Shown here: piece by piece, positions 45,572 through 48,436 of the stretch
Numbering within the stretch: position 1 is the stretch's first letter
Layout: each line of letters begins with the position of its first letter
Source: Nitrososphaeria archaeon
Lineage (GTDB): Archaea; Thermoproteota; Nitrososphaeria; Conexivisphaerales; UBA164
Reading direction: 5' to 3'
Length of the DNA: 48,436 bases
NCBI GenBank assembly: GCA_049967195.1
Contig: JBMFTE010000003.1
Coordinates: 1 to 48,436 of the forward strand
The notes under the pieces: generated by a model
The model's input: only the letters and a program-made list of their open reading frames with translations
Told to the model about the DNA's origin: nothing
Databases searched by the model: none
Made by a program: the position numbers and the translations under genes

Positions 45572-47146
45572 CTACTGCTCCGAATTGACATCCAAGAATT
45601 TCAGCAGGGTATCCCTGTAATAGGTGAGCAGATCTGCCCTCGTAATCAGCAGAAATGGAAGGGAATATTTCTGGGCAACTGCTTCTTGAAACACGCTTCT
45701 GTCATCGCCATAGCCTCTGAAAAAAAGCTCATAGAATTTGTTCACCATCTCCCTCCTTGCTGAAAATGAAAGCGAGTAATAAAGGAATTCTGCAACATCC
45801 CATCCCTTGTCCTGCACCGAGGCGTTGAACTTGCTCTGTTCAAGGTCTATCAGGTGTATGCCATTTTTGTTGACCAGAAAGTTCTCTGGCTTTGAATCAC
45901 CAAGCGCAGCTCCACTATCATGCAGCCGTCGCAAAAGTTCTCCAATTCCGGTTATCATTTCGCTGTCTGACCCGCCCTTGAAAAAGGCCCTTATCCGGCG
46001 TAAAGCCGTTTCACCATCAATGTATTCCTTGATTATTGTCGGCCTTTTAACGGAAATGGCTTCTATTTTTGGGACGCTGAACCCCATCTGCCCAAGCCTT
46101 ACCGTTCCAAGGTATTCGTTGTACATCCGCTGGAGCGGAGAAATGTCGAACGGCTTTATCGGCCTCCCAATCATGCCCAGAAAGTACCACTTCAGGTGCT
46201 TTGATCCAGTGAACCTTTTTATAACATATTTTTTACCGTCAATTGTACCAACATTCAATCCCCGGATTTTCTCGAACCTGCCCTGTGTGCCTGAGAAGAA
46301 CTCGCGTTCGGGTGAGCTGCTGTAAAGCAGGCGCACACCGTTAACCGTAAGCATGAGCTCAGGTTTCTTCAGGTAAATGTTCACAGCCTTAACTGTTCTT
46401 CTCCTCCTTAATTTTGACAGCGCTTCTGTAACTACAACATCAGGCCCAACCTTGCCGCTTATGCCGTGGAAGATGTACTGCTTCACAGCCCTCTCAAAAA
46501 GTTCAAAATCGTCCCTGAAGGGCACGGAGCTTATCTTTGAACCCCCCTTTATCGTCACCGCATCGCCATCTAACTCAAGGTATTCAATTCTGGATGCTGC
46601 CTGCCTGAAACCTGGAATCGACATCGCAAGATTCTTTTCAATCCTTTCTTCGGAATATGTCATTGCATAACTGTAAAGGGCCGGCGGGTAAATCCTGTAC
46701 CTCTTTTTAAGCCTTGAAAACAGGAAGTACTTTAAAGGAACGCTGATATGATAGGAAAAGTATCCGTACTGTGAAAAAAGCTCGGCTGATTCCTCCCTGA
46801 TCACCCTTTCCTTGTACCTTATCTCTAGGTCCTTTACCAGATCTCCGCCATAAATCGGAATATACGGGTTCAGCAGCCTTCCTGCTACAAATTCGCCCAT
46901 TGATGCCTGATCCACATCCTTTGCCGCCTCGCCGGTATCAACAAGCAACACGGAAAACTCGGCAGCCTGCCCACTCTGGTATATATACCTGAGCTTGCCG
47001 TTCAGGCCGTTGATCAGCGCGAGGACATCATAATCGCTGTCTGGCTTGGCATACCCTGCAACCTGGCTTCCGTAGAGCGCAACAGCATCCGGCGTTATGC
47101 CCTTGAGTATACCGTTTATGTCGCTGCTGACTGCGCCTATGTCCAT
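45572..47146 (-). CDS. Pol-beta-type nucleotidyltransferase fused to a protein-kinase-like (Kdo/RIO/Bud32-like) domain
   Basis: N-terminal YGS...DSDYD; C-terminal VIKRF, EYIDG, LH...GDSKPENF and IDLEQ; likely start ATG 47146. Confidence 0.8.
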   Translation of the reverse strand: MDIGAVSSDINGILKGITPDAVALYGSQVAGYAKPDSDYDVLALINGLNGKLRYIYQSGQAAEFSVLLVDTGEAAKDVDQASMGEFVAGRLLNPYIPIYGGDLVKDLEIRYKERVIREESAELFSQYGYFSYHISVPLKYFLFSRLKKRYRIYPPALYSYAMTYSEERIEKNLAMSIPGFRQAASRIEYLELDGDAVTIKGGSKISSVPFRDDFELFERAVKQYIFHGISGKVGPDVVVTEALSKLRRRRTVKAVNIYLKKPELMLTVNGVRLLYSSSPEREFFSGTQGRFEKIRGLNVGTIDGKKYVIKRFTGSKHLKWYFLGMIGRPIKPFDISPLQRMYNEYLGTVRLGQMGFSVPKIEAISVKRPTIIKEYIDGETALRRIRAFFKGGSDSEMITGIGELLRRLHDSGAALGDSKPENFLVNKNGIHLIDLEQSKFNASVQDKGWDVAEFLYYSLSFSARREMVNKFYELFFRGYGDDRSVFQEAVAQKYSLPFLLITRADLLTYYRDTLLKFLDVNSEQ

Positions 47147-47805
47147 TTTAACAAGCGCCTGACCCTTTCCTCTGGAACATAGTTCATGATGGCAACCATA
47201 GGCAGCCTTACCTGATTTTGTGAAGGCGACATGATCACGGTGGGAAGGCCTACGTTTATCCATTTAGTAATGGATTTTTTGTTAAGCACATCATCATTCA
47301 GCCCGTCCTTAAATTTTTCGGCAAGCACCCTCATCAGGTATTTGCTTTTTGAATATATTGAATCGGCAGTATAAAGCTCACCCTCGTCAATTCCAAGCGC
47401 TTCTATCACTTCGTCAGTAATGCCGGAACTTCTAATGTTCCTGTCCCTCAAAAGTGCTAGAAAATTTAGGTAATGAAGGAATTCATGGGCTACTGCTGAA
47501 GCGATTGTATCCTTTGAGCCAAACGCGACAAGTGGCGCCGTCAGCTCAACGGTAAGTACAAGGTTTGTGCCATCACTTAGCGGCATAAATCTGGAATAGA
47601 CTATTGCCTCAGAATAAAGGTTTCCTCCCTTCATCACCACTGCATATGGGGATACAAACCATACTGGATACCCGGCACCTGACGATTTTTCAACCTTGCT
47701 TACAGCTTCTTTGACCTTTGATACTCCCAGTTCTGTCTTTTTTTCGTATTCCTGGGGAATTTTCCCTTCATTCACTGCTTTCCGTATCAGTTCCATTGGG
47801 TCCAT
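47137..47805 (-). CDS. Hypothetical protein with HExxH motif
   Basis: 222 aa containing AHEFLHY; overlaps both neighbours. Confidence 0.75.
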   Translation of the reverse strand: MDPMELIRKAVNEGKIPQEYEKKTELGVSKVKEAVSKVEKSSGAGYPVWFVSPYAVVMKGGNLYSEAIVYSRFMPLSDGTNLVLTVELTAPLVAFGSKDTIASAVAHEFLHYLNFLALLRDRNIRSSGITDEVIEALGIDEGELYTADSIYSKSKYLMRVLAEKFKDGLNDDVLNKKSITKWINVGLPTVIMSPSQNQVRLPMVAIMNYVPEERVRRLLKWT

Positions 47806-47968
47806 TATGCAACTCTATGTACACAACGCCCTTATAACCGCATCTTTCACAATAGAAGTACTGGGGCGTAGTTGCAGCCCCAAGCGATGTTATCGGCTTG
47901 AGCTCGGCTCCGCATACTGGACATACCCGCTTTGTAACTTCCAGAGGCGATTTCCAGCTGAATTTCAT
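47768..47968 (-). CDS. Small zinc-ribbon protein
   Basis: CPVCG...CERCGY; ATGA overlap with SUI1. Confidence 0.75.
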   Translation of the reverse strand: MKFSWKSPLEVTKRVCPVCGAELKPITSLGAATTPQYFYCERCGYKGVVYIELHNGPNGTDTESSE

Positions 47969-48267
47969 TCCACAACTACGTTCTCCTGCTTGAACCCCAG
48001 GTCTATAAGGTCCTTCACAACCTTGTCCCTGTGATCACCCTGCAGTATCACGCTGTCGCCCTTAGCGGCCCCGCCGCAGGCTAGCTTTCTCTTCAGGTTC
48101 TTTGCAACGTCCACAATATTGATTCCCTGCGTATCATTAAACTGCACGATGGTGGTTGGCTTGTTATACTTTCTCTTTTCAAGTTTAACCAGGATCTTAA
48201 CGGTTTCTTTATTTATTTCTTCAGGTATCAGTTCATTTGTATACGCAAATGGTTCGAAATCATCCAT
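47965..48267 (-). CDS. sui1: Translation initiation factor aIF-1 (SUI1)
   Basis: KRKYNKPTT, LKRKLACGG and ILQGDHR; likely start ATG 48267. Confidence 0.93.
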   Translation of the reverse strand: MDDFEPFAYTNELIPEEINKETVKILVKLEKRKYNKPTTIVQFNDTQGINIVDVAKNLKRKLACGGAAKGDSVILQGDHRDKVVKDLIDLGFKQENVVVE

Positions 48268-48335
48268 TTTCCTCGATTGTACATCCAAATTCTCATATAT
48301 AAGCTTATACATGCATTTTAACATATAATTAAAAC

Positions 48336-48356
48336 AGCTGTGAACTATGCACAGCT
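48336..48356. repeat. 7-7-7 inverted repeat upstream of sui1 (terminator or operator)
   Basis: AGCTGTG-AACTATG-CACAGCT; on the minus strand it is followed by GTTTT. Confidence 0.4.
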
Positions 48357-48436
48357 AAAACTGTGCGCTTCCCGCTTCACTGATGGGGTCACGTGTGGAA
48401 TAGGTACTCCAGCATGGCTGTGGTGGTCTCGTCATC

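Noticed and set aside
45572-47146. MNT-HEPN toxin-antitoxin or CBASS-type defence nucleotidyltransferase
   Set aside because: There is no HEPN partner or effector gene, and the context is housekeeping; not formally excluded without profile searches.
48389-48436. 3' end of a minus-strand CDS entering from the window edge (DDETTTAMLEYLFHT*)
   Set aside because: Plausible, but 15 residues are too few to support a call.

Overview
Archaeal DNA: archaeal-type ribosomal proteins eL38, eS24 and eS31, plus aIF-1 (SUI1), ABCE1, BRE/TATA promoters and C/D-box RNAs. The gene content suggests a TACK/Thermoproteota lineage, possibly a non-ammonia-oxidising Nitrososphaerota relative (inference). Positions ~1.2-39.4 kb form a dense amino-acid/acyl-CoA catabolism supercluster. 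It holds two thiolases, three acyl-CoA dehydrogenase genes, two 3-hydroxyacyl-CoA dehydrogenases (one fused to a crotonase), SCP2, AMP- and ADP-forming acyl-CoA synthetases, a four-subunit VOR-like 2-oxoacid:ferredoxin oxidoreductase, two ETF systems (one with an HdrD-like membrane Fe-S protein, one FixCXAB), proline catabolism genes and a B12 mutase operon. Positions ~39.7-48.4 kb are mostly translation and housekeeping genes. Main observations: (1) the B12 mutase carries the isobutyryl-CoA mutase specificity residues (Phe73/Gln191), not the methylmalonyl-CoA mutase ones, and sits between VOR and beta-oxidation genes, outlining a B12-dependent route from valine/isobutyrate into beta-oxidation; (2) two overlapping acyl-CoA dehydrogenase genes have complementary motif losses, the signature of an alpha2beta2 heteromeric ACAD; (3) two C/D-box guide RNAs flank rli1; (4) rli1 contains a 44-nt near-identical internal repeat; (5) a nucleotidyltransferase-kinase fusion sits in the SUI1-eS24-eS31 gene string. 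No tRNA, rRNA, CRISPR array or intact mobile element was recognised. All calls come from reading motifs by eye; no searches were run.
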